A stretch of 42,758 bases of DNA from a bacterium. Its GTDB lineage: Bacteria; Patescibacteriota; Minisyncoccia; Phycocordibacterales; Phycocordibacteraceae. The notes under the pieces were generated by a model that saw only the letters and a program-made list of their open reading frames with translations, searched no databases and was not told the origin of the DNA. The stretch covers positions 1 through 42,758 of the forward strand of contig JAKAGB010000002.1 in NCBI GenBank assembly GCA_021817705.1, written 5' to 3'. Both the position numbers and the translations under genes were made by a program. Positions 28,213-36,689 of the stretch are shown one piece after another. Position 1 is the first letter of the stretch. The number at the start of each line of letters is the position of its first letter.

Positions 28213-28341
28213 CGGCTAGAATCCATTTCAAAACAACGCGCCGGCTCCTCGCTCGACCTGTCCCCGCGAAAGAGGGCCCATGCAAGTCTTTCGCATGAAC
28301 AGCTCTTCGCTCGGAGCCGGTTTTGAAATGGATTCTAGCCG
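28213..28341. mobile_element. MITE-like element with 22-bp perfect terminal inverted repeats
   Basis: CGGCTAGAATCCATTTCAAAAC (28213-28234) and its exact complement (28320-28341); inner CCGGCTCC/GGAGCCGG stem; non-coding. Confidence 0.65.
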
Positions 28342-29018
28342 AGCCAGTCTATGGGCTTTTCACCGTGTTCGGCAAGGTATTCATTCGCGCTTTTGAAATG
28401 CCCGTTGCCGAAGAAACCGTTTGCCGCGGAAAACGGCGACGGATGCGGGGATTCGAGCACGAGGTGCTTGGCGCGGTCGATGTGTGCGCCTTTTTGCTTC
28501 GCGTAATTGCCCCACAGGAGGAACACCAGGTGCTCGCGCTCGTCGGAAAGCGCTTTCACGGCAGCGTCGGTAAACTGTTCCCAGCCGTGCCCGGCGTGAG
28601 AGTTCGACTGCTTCGCGCGCACCGTGAGCGTTGCGTTCAAAAGCAGCACGCCCTGATTCGCCCAGCGCGAAAGGTCACCGCCTTTCTGAAGAAGCGATTC
28701 CACCGGAACCGCGTATTCGCTCGCAATCTCTTTGTAGATGTTCTGGAGCGATGGCGGCAGACGCGTGTCTTCGCCCACCGCGAAGCACAAGCCGTTTGCC
28801 TCACCCTGGTTTATGTACGGGTCTTGCCCGAGAATGACCACTTTTACCCGTTCAAACGGACAGAGGTCGAACGCACGGAAGATGAACTTCGGCGGTGGGT
28901 ACACCGCCTCACTCTCGTATTCGCTCTTCACGAACGCCGCGAGCTCCTTGAAATACGGCTTCTCGAATTCGGGTGCGAGACGTTCCTTCCAGGAGGGGGA
29001 GATCTGTACGTCCGTCAT
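28335..29018 (-). CDS. ung: Uracil-DNA glycosylase (family 1)
   Basis: VVILGQDPY, LPPSLQNI, GVLLLN, HPSP. Confidence 0.97.
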   Translation of the reverse strand: MTDVQISPSWKERLAPEFEKPYFKELAAFVKSEYESEAVYPPPKFIFRAFDLCPFERVKVVILGQDPYINQGEANGLCFAVGEDTRLPPSLQNIYKEIASEYAVPVESLLQKGGDLSRWANQGVLLLNATLTVRAKQSNSHAGHGWEQFTDAAVKALSDEREHLVFLLWGNYAKQKGAHIDRAKHLVLESPHPSPFSAANGFFGNGHFKSANEYLAEHGEKPIDWLG

Positions 29019-29030
29019 GCGCCTAGTATA

Positions 29031-29061
29031 AGAAAAACGCCGCTTCGTGAGAAGCGGCGTT
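29031..29061 (-). terminator. Intrinsic terminator after the 33-aa peptide gene
   Basis: AACGCCGCTTC/GAAGCGGCGTT stem followed by T-rich tail on the minus strand. Confidence 0.75.
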
Positions 29062-29077
29062 GCGCGGGAATGCGGAA

Positions 29078-29179
29078 CTAGGGGTGCGGTACGCCGTGAG
29101 AGCATGCCACGACCCACGCGAGGAATGCGAACACGATAAGGACTGCCGCGCTCGCTATCCATCTGAGCCGATTACGCAT
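29078..29179 (-). CDS. 33-aa hydrophobic peptide with lipobox-like VVAC (not in ORF track)
   Basis: MRNRLRWIASAAVLIVFAFLAWVVACSHGVPHP; AAGGAGG SD, TGcTAGAAT -10 (29208-29213), terminator downstream. Confidence 0.65.
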   Translation of the reverse strand: MRNRLRWIASAAVLIVFAFLAWVVACSHGVPHP

Positions 29180-29219
29180 GTCGGCCTCCTTCCTTCTACA
29201 CGGCGCTATTCTAGCACAG

Positions 29220-30005
29220 TTATTTATTCCGGGCTAGGTCGCGGAGGGTTTTCCCCGCCGCTTCGCGATACGTGCAGTAGTCGCACGGGCCGCCGCCGAA
29301 GGAGGTGCCGATTGCCGGAATCTCATCTGAGTCGAGCATCGCGCGCAAGTCCATGAGCGTGCCCTCTATCCACGCGTCGCTCCCGACATACGGGATGAGC
29401 GCGACATCGAATTCGAGCTTTGCATCGAATGCCTCGCGGTCGGTCTTGCCGTTCACGTACACGAAATACCCTTCGGGCGCGACGGTGAACCCGTTCTGTC
29501 GGAAGAGCCACTGGTAGATTTCCATCTGACGCTTGTAGGAGTCGTAGAGGTCGTCTGCCGACGAAGGCCCGACCTTCTTCGCGGTCGCCTTATAGTCGAC
29601 GATGATGAGTTCGCCCGAAGGGGTCGCCCACACGTCGTCGATGCCGCCACGCACGAGGAGGTTCGAGGGCTCGTGGTGGTAGCTCACGCCGCGGCGGAGC
29701 GAGTCGCGCCACTCGTCGAGCTTCTCATGATTGAACGGCACTGCATTGATGCCGTACGTCTTCATCCAAGGATGCGCCGTGCCGGCGGCGCGGTGTGTGT
29801 CGAACTCGCGCTTCAGGAGTTCATCGACGGCGACGTTCAGCGTGAATGCGGGGCCCGATGGGCGCTTCACGCCATATTTGAGGTCCAAGAACGAACAGCG
29901 CGGACACTCGCAGAAGGTGTCTATCTTCGAGCGGCTCAGCTTGAACGGCCCCGGTGCGGTCGGATCGTACACGCCCCAGCGTTTTTTGGGAGATGCGCTC
30001 GCCAT
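29220..30005 (-). CDS. PD-(D/E)XK nuclease, RecB/Cas4-like
   Basis: LSRSKI..F..CPRC, GGIDDVW, IIVDYKAT, QMEIY, C-terminal CDYC. Confidence 0.88.
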   Translation of the reverse strand: MASASPKKRWGVYDPTAPGPFKLSRSKIDTFCECPRCSFLDLKYGVKRPSGPAFTLNVAVDELLKREFDTHRAAGTAHPWMKTYGINAVPFNHEKLDEWRDSLRRGVSYHHEPSNLLVRGGIDDVWATPSGELIIVDYKATAKKVGPSSADDLYDSYKRQMEIYQWLFRQNGFTVAPEGYFVYVNGKTDREAFDAKLEFDVALIPYVGSDAWIEGTLMDLRAMLDSDEIPAIGTSFGGGPCDYCTYREAAGKTLRDLARNK

Positions 30006-30493
30006 TATTGCGTGGTGGTGAAGTACTGAACGACGCGCGAGCCCGAATCGAAATCGACGTACACGCTGTCTTCGGGCGGATCGAACACCCCGTCGCCATT
30101 TTCGCGATAGAGTATGACAGCGTATTGCGTGCCGGGCACGGTCGCGCGCAAGAGCGGTATGGAAAAGTTCGCGACTGGGCCGTGAGCACGCGCCGCGCCG
30201 AGGATATTGCCGAGCGTGCCGTCCGTATTCACGTCGCGGACGGCAACCCAGACGCCCGGCGGCGGCACCGTTACCGTGTCGACCACGACCGTCATGCCTG
30301 CTGGCTGATTTGATACGGCGAGCGTGCCGCTCTTGTCTGCGGGCGTCGCCAAGGGAGTACTGCTCGCCGTCGTTTCGGACGCCGGCTCCGTGGTGATGAA
30401 CACGGTCTCGCCGAGGAACCAGGCGCTCGCCGCCAAGGCCCCGAGCGCAAGGCCGATGAGGAACGGGATGGCATGCGCAGTGCGGACGGTCAT
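30005..30493 (-). CDS. Membrane-anchored exported protein (162 aa)
   Basis: N-terminal TM, Thr/Pro linker, beta-rich domain; start 6 nt after TACTAT. Confidence 0.75.
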   Translation of the reverse strand: MTVRTAHAIPFLIGLALGALAASAWFLGETVFITTEPASETTASSTPLATPADKSGTLAVSNQPAGMTVVVDTVTVPPPGVWVAVRDVNTDGTLGNILGAARAHGPVANFSIPLLRATVPGTQYAVILYRENGDGVFDPPEDSVYVDFDSGSRVVQYFTTTQ

Positions 30494-30525
30494 GCGCCCA
30501 TAGTACCCCAAGCGAGGGCGAGGCG

Positions 30526-31380
30526 CTACGCGGCCGGCACGTGCGGAAGCTCGAGCATGCCGAGCGCTTCTGCGCGGATGTCGCCCACCGCTTCGGGCGA
30601 AAGATGCAGGGGCGCGAGGACCGCAGCGTTCTCGGCTATTTCGTCCACGGTAAGGACGTGGCGGTCGATAAGGAGCTTCTTGGCGGCGCCCGAAAGGCTC
30701 GTGAGCGCGGTGATGGGATACACGCGGGAGTGCTGCATGCGGTCCAAAAGACTCGCGCCGTTCGGATAGCTCCAGCCAAGGAGCTCGACGCCGGCGCATT
30801 CGGCGTACTGGATCGCTTCGGAGGTGAATTTGGTGTTCGTGACGAGAAGACCGCGATCGATGGGACACGCGCGTACCGCGGGGTCGCAGGCGAAGATGTC
30901 GTCGAAGCGGCTCTTCACGTAGAGCGCGACCTTCAGGTCGGTCTTGTAGCCCGGGTCATTGTGGTATTTCAATTCTGCCGCGAGATATTCGCCCTTGCCG
31001 GGGTGCGATGCGTAGAAATCGACTTCGTGCGGCACGCACTTGCCGCGGATTATCTTGCGCGTCTCCACCTGCCATCCCTCCTCGGCATAGAGGCGAGAGA
31101 CGAAGTCTTCGAACGGATGACCAGAAGGCCCGAGGTCGAGAAGCGCACGGCGAAGCGCGTAACGCGCGGCAACCGGACGCGCCTCCTTGCGCAGCAGCGC
31201 GAATGCGCGACGGTACACGTCTTTCGACGAGGCGCCTTCGTGCACGATGCTTGTGACTTCCTGTGCGATGCGTTCCGCCGTGTGCGGTTGCGCGCCCGCG
31301 CGACGGAGCGACTGTTCGAGACGCGCCGGGTCGAACGGTACGCGTGTTCCATCCGACTTTATGATATGCGGAAATGTCAT
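30526..31380 (-). CDS. ATP-cone domain fused to restriction-endonuclease-like (Mrr-type) domain
   Basis: IIKSDGTRVPFDPARLEQSLRRAG (ATP cone); GHPFEDFV, HEVDF, ELKYH, LVTNTKFTSEA. Confidence 0.82.
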   Translation of the reverse strand: MTFPHIIKSDGTRVPFDPARLEQSLRRAGAQPHTAERIAQEVTSIVHEGASSKDVYRRAFALLRKEARPVAARYALRRALLDLGPSGHPFEDFVSRLYAEEGWQVETRKIIRGKCVPHEVDFYASHPGKGEYLAAELKYHNDPGYKTDLKVALYVKSRFDDIFACDPAVRACPIDRGLLVTNTKFTSEAIQYAECAGVELLGWSYPNGASLLDRMQHSRVYPITALTSLSGAAKKLLIDRHVLTVDEIAENAAVLAPLHLSPEAVGDIRAEALGMLELPHVPAA

Positions 31381-31802
31381 AGGGCACTTGTGGTCGCGGC
31401 GGTGCCGTTCACGAATATGGAAACAGGCGAGTCCTTCGGCGCGGTGAGGCTCGTGCTAAAAGGTAGCGTGGTCGGCAGTTCGAGACAGACGCCGTCGGTC
31501 GGCGCGAGCATGATGTCGAGACGGATGGATTGTGTCGTCGACGCATTCCCCACGAGCGTGGAGGTCGCGCTTACGGGCGCGCAGGCATCCGGCGCGACGA
31601 TAGTCCCGGTGAGCGTGCGCACTCCTTTGCGGAAGGTGTCTTTAAGAGTGACTGACGGCGTACTGGTCGCAGCGGGCGAGGCCTGCGGCACCGGTGCGGA
31701 CACTTCGCGCGCGTGTGGCACCGAGATGAGGAAGCTGAGCGCGATGATACCGGCAAGGATGAGCGCCGCGAGCAGATAGCGTCGCGAAAACGGGTTCGTC
31801 AT
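31377..31802 (-). CDS. Membrane-anchored exported protein (141 aa)
   Basis: N-terminal TM, two Cys, ATGA overlaps with mnmA and the downstream gene. Confidence 0.75.
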   Translation of the reverse strand: MTNPFSRRYLLAALILAGIIALSFLISVPHAREVSAPVPQASPAATSTPSVTLKDTFRKGVRTLTGTIVAPDACAPVSATSTLVGNASTTQSIRLDIMLAPTDGVCLELPTTLPFSTSLTAPKDSPVSIFVNGTAATTSAL

Positions 31803-32800
31803 GACTCGATAATACCACCCCCGACGAGTTCGTCCTCGTCATAAAACACGAGCGACTGACCGGGCGCGACGGGTTCGGGCAAAGGCACGTCAAAAATAAA
31901 TGAAGAGCCCTCGACGCGGCCGGGCAAAGCCTCTCCGCGATACCGGTATTGCGCGCTCCTGGCGCGCCTGCCTGCGCCGTGCTCGTCGCGGCAGGCAGAC
32001 GAAGCATCGGTGAGCCAGTGCGCGTCACGAAACGAGAGTTCTCGTGCGCCGCTTCGCGGCGCACGCTCCTCTGCCAGCTCCAAAGCGCCGTCTTTCTTCC
32101 CCACCACATATTTTCCAGCCACACGTTCGCCTATCGTGTGCAGGATGGTCGGGTCGCTCGTGTGAAGCTCGTGCTCGAGAAACTCTTTCACCGAAACGCT
32201 GCCGAGGAAGCACACGCCCTGACTGTCTTTCTTTTCCGCCACCGGCAGGTCGAACTGCTTGGCAAGCGCGCGCACTTCCGGCTTTGCGAGTTCGCCGAGC
32301 GGAAAAACCGTGTGTTCGAGCACATCCTTCGGCACTGCCCACAAAAAGTAGCTCTGGTCTTTGTTCTCGTCTTTGCCGCGCATAAGTTGCACCGCGCCGT
32401 CCGCTTCGCGAACGGCGCGCGCATAGTGCCCGGTGGCAATGAAATCCGCGCCGGCTTCGCGCGCGTAGCGATAGAACGCGCCGAACTTTACGTCGCGGTT
32501 GCACATCACGTCCGGATTCGGCGTGCGGCCGGCTTTATATTCTGCGAGCAGGTAATCAATGACGCTCTTTTTATATTCTGCGCTCGCGTCGAGGGTGTGG
32601 AACGGAATCTGCAGCCTCGCCGCCACGCGCATCGCATCGCGCCGGTCGGCCGCCCACGTGCACGGCATACCGGGCGGGTACCAGCCCTTTATGAACACGC
32701 CTTCCACCTGTGCGCCAGCCTGCTGTAAGAGCGCGGCCGTAACCGCGCTGTCCACGCCGCCCGAAAGTCCTACGAATATACGTCTGCCTCTTAGCTCCAT
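31799..32800 (-). CDS. mnmA: tRNA-specific 2-thiouridylase MnmA
   Basis: SGGVDS, TPNPDVMCN, ATGHYAR, KDQSYFL, DSQGVCF, APGQSLVFY. Confidence 0.96.
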   Translation of the reverse strand: MELRGRRIFVGLSGGVDSAVTAALLQQAGAQVEGVFIKGWYPPGMPCTWAADRRDAMRVAARLQIPFHTLDASAEYKKSVIDYLLAEYKAGRTPNPDVMCNRDVKFGAFYRYAREAGADFIATGHYARAVREADGAVQLMRGKDENKDQSYFLWAVPKDVLEHTVFPLGELAKPEVRALAKQFDLPVAEKKDSQGVCFLGSVSVKEFLEHELHTSDPTILHTIGERVAGKYVVGKKDGALELAEERAPRSGARELSFRDAHWLTDASSACRDEHGAGRRARSAQYRYRGEALPGRVEGSSFIFDVPLPEPVAPGQSLVFYDEDELVGGGIIES

Positions 32801-32829
32801 GCGTGCATCTAAGCACTAACATCGTTCCG

Positions 32830-33003
32830 ATGGAAGCAGCGGAGCGTCGGATGCGCGGACGGGGGCTCGCGGAGGCGAAGCAGCAAGGCAATTTTGCCGC
32901 TGAAGGGAGGCTGCGGCAAAATTTGCGAGCCGAGCGAAGGCGCCTGCCGGCAGGGGCAGGCGACGCGTACCCCGTACGGGTATCCGGCGTGGAGCTGTGC
33001 CAT
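32830..33003. other. Multi-stem structured non-coding element between mltG and mnmA
   Basis: Nested complementary segments ATGG/CCAT, GCAGC/GCTGT, CGTCGGAT/ATCCGGCG, GGCTCGC/GCGAGCC, AATTTTGCCGC/GCGGCAAAATT, CGCCTGCC/GGCAGGCG. Confidence 0.6.
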
Positions 33004-33005
33004 TA

Positions 33006-34010
33006 CTATTTTAGATACCGATTTTCGTTGGCGAGCTGGCCGGCATAGGTGGTGGCGTAGTGCATGAGGCCGTCTTTGCCGGTGAGGTAATACAGATATT
33101 TCGTCTTCGTGGGGTTTGTAGCAGCCGTGAGCGCATTCAGTCCCGGATTACTTATCGGCCCCGGCGGCAGTCCCACGTGCTTATACGTGTTGTACGGCGA
33201 GTCAACCGTTAGGTCGGCATACGAAGGCGAATACGTGGCGCGGTCGTGTATATAGCCGAATACCGCGTCCACCTGGAGCGGCATGCCGAGCTTGATGCGA
33301 TTCCACAAGATGCCCGCGACCATCTGCATGTCGGTGGGGTTGTTCGCCTCCTTTTCTACGATGCTCGCCATGATGACGATATCGGAAAGCGAGTGCCCGC
33401 TCGTGGTGATGTCGCCCATGAGCGGTGCGATGCGTGCATTAAAATTCGCACGCATGGCCGCCACCATGTCTCCCGCGCTCGCGTCCGGTGCGAACGAGTA
33501 CGTGTCGGGGAACAGGTAGCCTTCGTACGGCTCTGCGATTGCGAGGAAGTCGCTCTCAGAAACTTCGGGGAATACGGCTGCAATCTTCGTTGCCATCTGC
33601 CGCGCCGTGTCGCCTTCGATGAGCGTAATCTTCTGCGGCGCGATGCCGAAGCTGCCCGCCACGAGCCGGTACGCCACCGTGAGTGCGTTCTCTGGCGTAA
33701 TGAACCGATACGCGCCCGTACGCACGTTCCCGCCCTGCCCGGAGGCACGCAGGAGGATGCGCAGCACCAAGGGATGCGCAACGATGTGCTCGACACCGAA
33801 CGCGCGTGCAACCTCGGCAGCGCTCTCGCCTTTGGTCACTACCGCGATCGAGTTCTGCGGGAAGCTCGCTGGCGCCGCAAACAAGAGCGCATAGCCGCCG
33901 CCAAAGATGAGCACGATAGCCGCGAGCGAAATAATCCAATGCACGCCAAAGCGACGCAGATGGAACTCGAGTGCCGTCTTTACTGCGGCGTACCAATCGC
34001 GTGGGGTCAT
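33006..34010 (-). CDS. mltG: Endolytic transglycosylase MltG
   Basis: N-terminal TM, EGYLFPDTY, MASIVEKE, LQVDA, SPYNTY..GLPPGPISNPG. Confidence 0.96.
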   Translation of the reverse strand: MTPRDWYAAVKTALEFHLRRFGVHWIISLAAIVLIFGGGYALLFAAPASFPQNSIAVVTKGESAAEVARAFGVEHIVAHPLVLRILLRASGQGGNVRTGAYRFITPENALTVAYRLVAGSFGIAPQKITLIEGDTARQMATKIAAVFPEVSESDFLAIAEPYEGYLFPDTYSFAPDASAGDMVAAMRANFNARIAPLMGDITTSGHSLSDIVIMASIVEKEANNPTDMQMVAGILWNRIKLGMPLQVDAVFGYIHDRATYSPSYADLTVDSPYNTYKHVGLPPGPISNPGLNALTAATNPTKTKYLYYLTGKDGLMHYATTYAGQLANENRYLK

Positions 34011-35374
34011 TAGACGGGCAGATTAACGGGTGCCTCACTGGTCGCAGACTGAATTCTTGGAAGAGATGGCGCTTCGATTGCCGCGCTCGGTATATGGTAA
34101 AGCGTAGCAAACTCCTCCGTGCTCAAAACCATGTGACTCCCCGCCACGAACGGCGGGTAGTAGTACTGACGGCGCCGATATGCCTCTACGATGCCGCGTC
34201 GCGCTTTGTCCTGGAGCTTTTCGACACCAATTTCCCACGGATAGTTGTTGAAGTCGGTCATCCAGCGGGCAGGACGGATTCCGTTCCAGGGTGACTCGCT
34301 CGAGAATTGTTTGAAGCCGCCCGTGAGGCCGGTGATATTCACCGGGTCGAATTTTTCGGGCCGGGCGAGGTAAATGCCGCGCGCGCCCACGTCGAACGCG
34401 AGTTTTGCGATATTGCGCTCGATGGCGGCGATGAGGTCGCCACGGGCACCGGTGAGTATCGGCGGACTGAGGCGTTCCTTCCCCTGCTCATCCTTGTCTT
34501 TGATGCGCGCCTCTTTAATTATTTTCTCGACCACCTCCTTCGCCTCGTCCTTCCAGGTGTACTGCTTCCCTTCCGCGTTCTTCTTCCCTTTGAAGCTTTC
34601 GCCCTTGTGTGCGCGCACGACATACTGGATCCACATATATTCGCCCTTGCCGAGAGTGCCCATGAACTCGACCAGGTGCGCTAACGGGTCGACCTGCTCG
34701 GGCTCCTTCTGCGTCTTATCGAGGCCGTATTCGACGTAGGTTTTCAAGGGCACCGAAACTTTTGAGTTGGTGTGCACGAAATCGCAGCCCCAGAGCGCCC
34801 ATTCTTCTGGTTTGGCGGAGATGAGCTGCGTGTAGTCGGGCGCTTCGGTAATCTGCACGCCCGGATACTGTGCATAGAATTGCGCTTCGATGAGCTTCCT
34901 GAGCCCTGCGCGCGTCCAGAGGAAGAAGTGCACCTGGCCTTCGAGTGAGACGATTTCGAATGAAAGCCACGGACGGAGCTTCCCCGTGAAATATTTCTCG
35001 TACCAGGTGCCGTCGCCTCCCGAAAGGTGGAGGCCGGAGAGCACGGCTTCCATGGCGAGTGGCGTCTTCATGAGATTCCGCGGCGGTTTTATCTCGAGAA
35101 GTATGACCTTCTGTTTTGCGATAAAGCGCGAGCGGGAGAGATCCATCCAGAGCCCCCAGGCCGCAAGGACGATGATGGCCGGGAGCCACAAGGGGGCAAG
35201 GAAAAGCGCGAGCTCGACCGCGAGCCCCACCTGCGCGGTCATGATGAGGTACGCGAGCACGAGGAGTGCAAATCCGACGACGAAAAGCGGCCACGGGGAC
35301 GTACGCGTACCGCTCTTGTCTTTCAGGTTGTCCATGAACTTCTCGAGCCGGTCGTAAAACGGGAGGAAGGACAT
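34010..35374 (-). CDS. Conserved-looking membrane protein of unknown function (454 aa)
   Basis: Two N-terminal TMs; LLEIKPPR, SFEIVSLEGQVHF, YAQYP, LSTEEFATLYHIP; start 6 nt after TATAAT. Confidence 0.8.
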   Translation of the reverse strand: MSFLPFYDRLEKFMDNLKDKSGTRTSPWPLFVVGFALLVLAYLIMTAQVGLAVELALFLAPLWLPAIIVLAAWGLWMDLSRSRFIAKQKVILLEIKPPRNLMKTPLAMEAVLSGLHLSGGDGTWYEKYFTGKLRPWLSFEIVSLEGQVHFFLWTRAGLRKLIEAQFYAQYPGVQITEAPDYTQLISAKPEEWALWGCDFVHTNSKVSVPLKTYVEYGLDKTQKEPEQVDPLAHLVEFMGTLGKGEYMWIQYVVRAHKGESFKGKKNAEGKQYTWKDEAKEVVEKIIKEARIKDKDEQGKERLSPPILTGARGDLIAAIERNIAKLAFDVGARGIYLARPEKFDPVNITGLTGGFKQFSSESPWNGIRPARWMTDFNNYPWEIGVEKLQDKARRGIVEAYRRRQYYYPPFVAGSHMVLSTEEFATLYHIPSAAIEAPSLPRIQSATSEAPVNLPV

Positions 35375-35424
35375 GGTGCGATTATACCGCGCGCCGGCCT
35401 TGCCGGCGTGCGTATACGGGGAAA

Positions 35425-35459
35425 ATGAAAACCGCGGCGCTTCGCGCCGCGGTTTTCAT
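35425..35459 (-). terminator. Hairpin/terminator after the sigma-HTH gene
   Basis: 16-bp inverted repeat ATGAAAACCGCGGCGC/GCGCCGCGGTTTTCAT. Confidence 0.7.
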
Positions 35460-35467
35460 CAAGAACG

Positions 35468-36538
35468 TTACGCCACGTCGTAGCGACCGTCTTTGAGTTT
35501 CTTGAAATGCTTCTGGTCGTTCAGGTTAACGAGGATGGTGTTGTCCTTCACGAAGCGGGCGATCTTCACCTTCTTGATGATGTCCTCCTTCTTCATGGGG
35601 CCATGCTCTTCGATGACCTCGCGGATGACGTCGCGCACGACGCCCGGCTTGTAGCCCCACTCGGTGAGCGCGTAGAGGCCGCGTCCGACAAGGACGAAGC
35701 GCGGGTCCTTGATTAGCTCGTTGTGGGTCGTGGCCACGTGCGCCTTCTTCGAGAACATCGTGCTGATAGCCTTCGAGACTTCCGAGAAGTGCATCGGCTT
35801 GCCGTGATGCTTGATGGCGAGGTACGCGTAGTCGCGCACGCCCTTCGTGCGGATGGCGGCAGAGGAGACCTTGCCCCACTCGGCGAGCGGATTCACGCCG
35901 ATATTCTTGCTGAGGGAGAGCCAACGCTTCAACACTTCTTCGTTCTTGTATGCGTCGTTCACGCTCTTCAGTTCGTCGAGGAAGCGGTCGAGGAGTTCGC
36001 CTTCGGCGACTACCTCTTCGTCATCCAAGGAAGCGTACAAACGGCCGAGCGCGTCGTGAATCTGCTTCGCGGTCGAGGCATCGATGTGCCAGCGCGCGTA
36101 AAAGTCGTCGGTCTCGCGTTCGCGCAGGAACTGCGCGCCGAGCACAAGGAGGAAGCGGAAACGATTCTTGCCCTTCTCGTCCTTTGCGAACGAAGCGAGG
36201 AGTTCGTCTTCCGGCACAATGGCGCCCATGGCATCGATGGCTTTGGCAAGTTCGTCGAACGCGGCCTTCGATTCGGCGAAGGCTTTGGAGCCGCGGATGG
36301 CGTCGAGCCCTGCGGCCTCGATCTGGCGCACGCGTTCGCGGGTGATGCCGGAGCGGTCGCCGATGGCCTCGAGGGTCTCGCGACCCGCGTTCGTGCCAAG
36401 CCCGAAGCGGCGCACGAGAACGTCGCGAGCGCGCTCCGGAGCCGCCGCGAGGAGCTTCTTCGCGAGCGCCACGCTGTCGAACTTGAACGAGACGGACTTC
36501 GCCGCCTTTGCCTTCGTAGATGCCATCTTCTTTGCCAT
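35468..36538 (-). CDS. Sigma70 region-4 HTH protein with C-terminal winged-helix-like domains
   Basis: RRFGL...TLEAIG...ITRERVRQIE; C-terminal PMHFSE, THNELIKDPRFVLVGRGLYALTEWG; upstream TTGACT-17-TATAAC. Confidence 0.82.
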   Translation of the reverse strand: MAKKMASTKAKAAKSVSFKFDSVALAKKLLAAAPERARDVLVRRFGLGTNAGRETLEAIGDRSGITRERVRQIEAAGLDAIRGSKAFAESKAAFDELAKAIDAMGAIVPEDELLASFAKDEKGKNRFRFLLVLGAQFLRERETDDFYARWHIDASTAKQIHDALGRLYASLDDEEVVAEGELLDRFLDELKSVNDAYKNEEVLKRWLSLSKNIGVNPLAEWGKVSSAAIRTKGVRDYAYLAIKHHGKPMHFSEVSKAISTMFSKKAHVATTHNELIKDPRFVLVGRGLYALTEWGYKPGVVRDVIREVIEEHGPMKKEDIIKKVKIARFVKDNTILVNLNDQKHFKKLKDGRYDVA

Positions 36539-36634
36539 AGGGATAATGTGATTAGGTTATATCAGATGCCTCGAAAATAGTCAACGGGCACCACTATACC
36601 ACAACATTACGCCACAATGCCACCCACAGGCCGC

Positions 36635-36662
36635 TTGACATACAGACTCATTGCTGTATCGT
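36635..36662 (+). promoter_or_regulatory. Sigma70-type promoter TTGACA-16-TATCGT
   Basis: Direct reading upstream of the lipoprotein gene. Confidence 0.6.
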
Positions 36663-36689
36663 CTTCCCTGGAAGAAAGGAGTGATTGTT

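Noticed and set aside
29220-30005. cas4 of a CRISPR-Cas locus
   Set aside because: No cas1/cas2 or repeat-spacer array in the window
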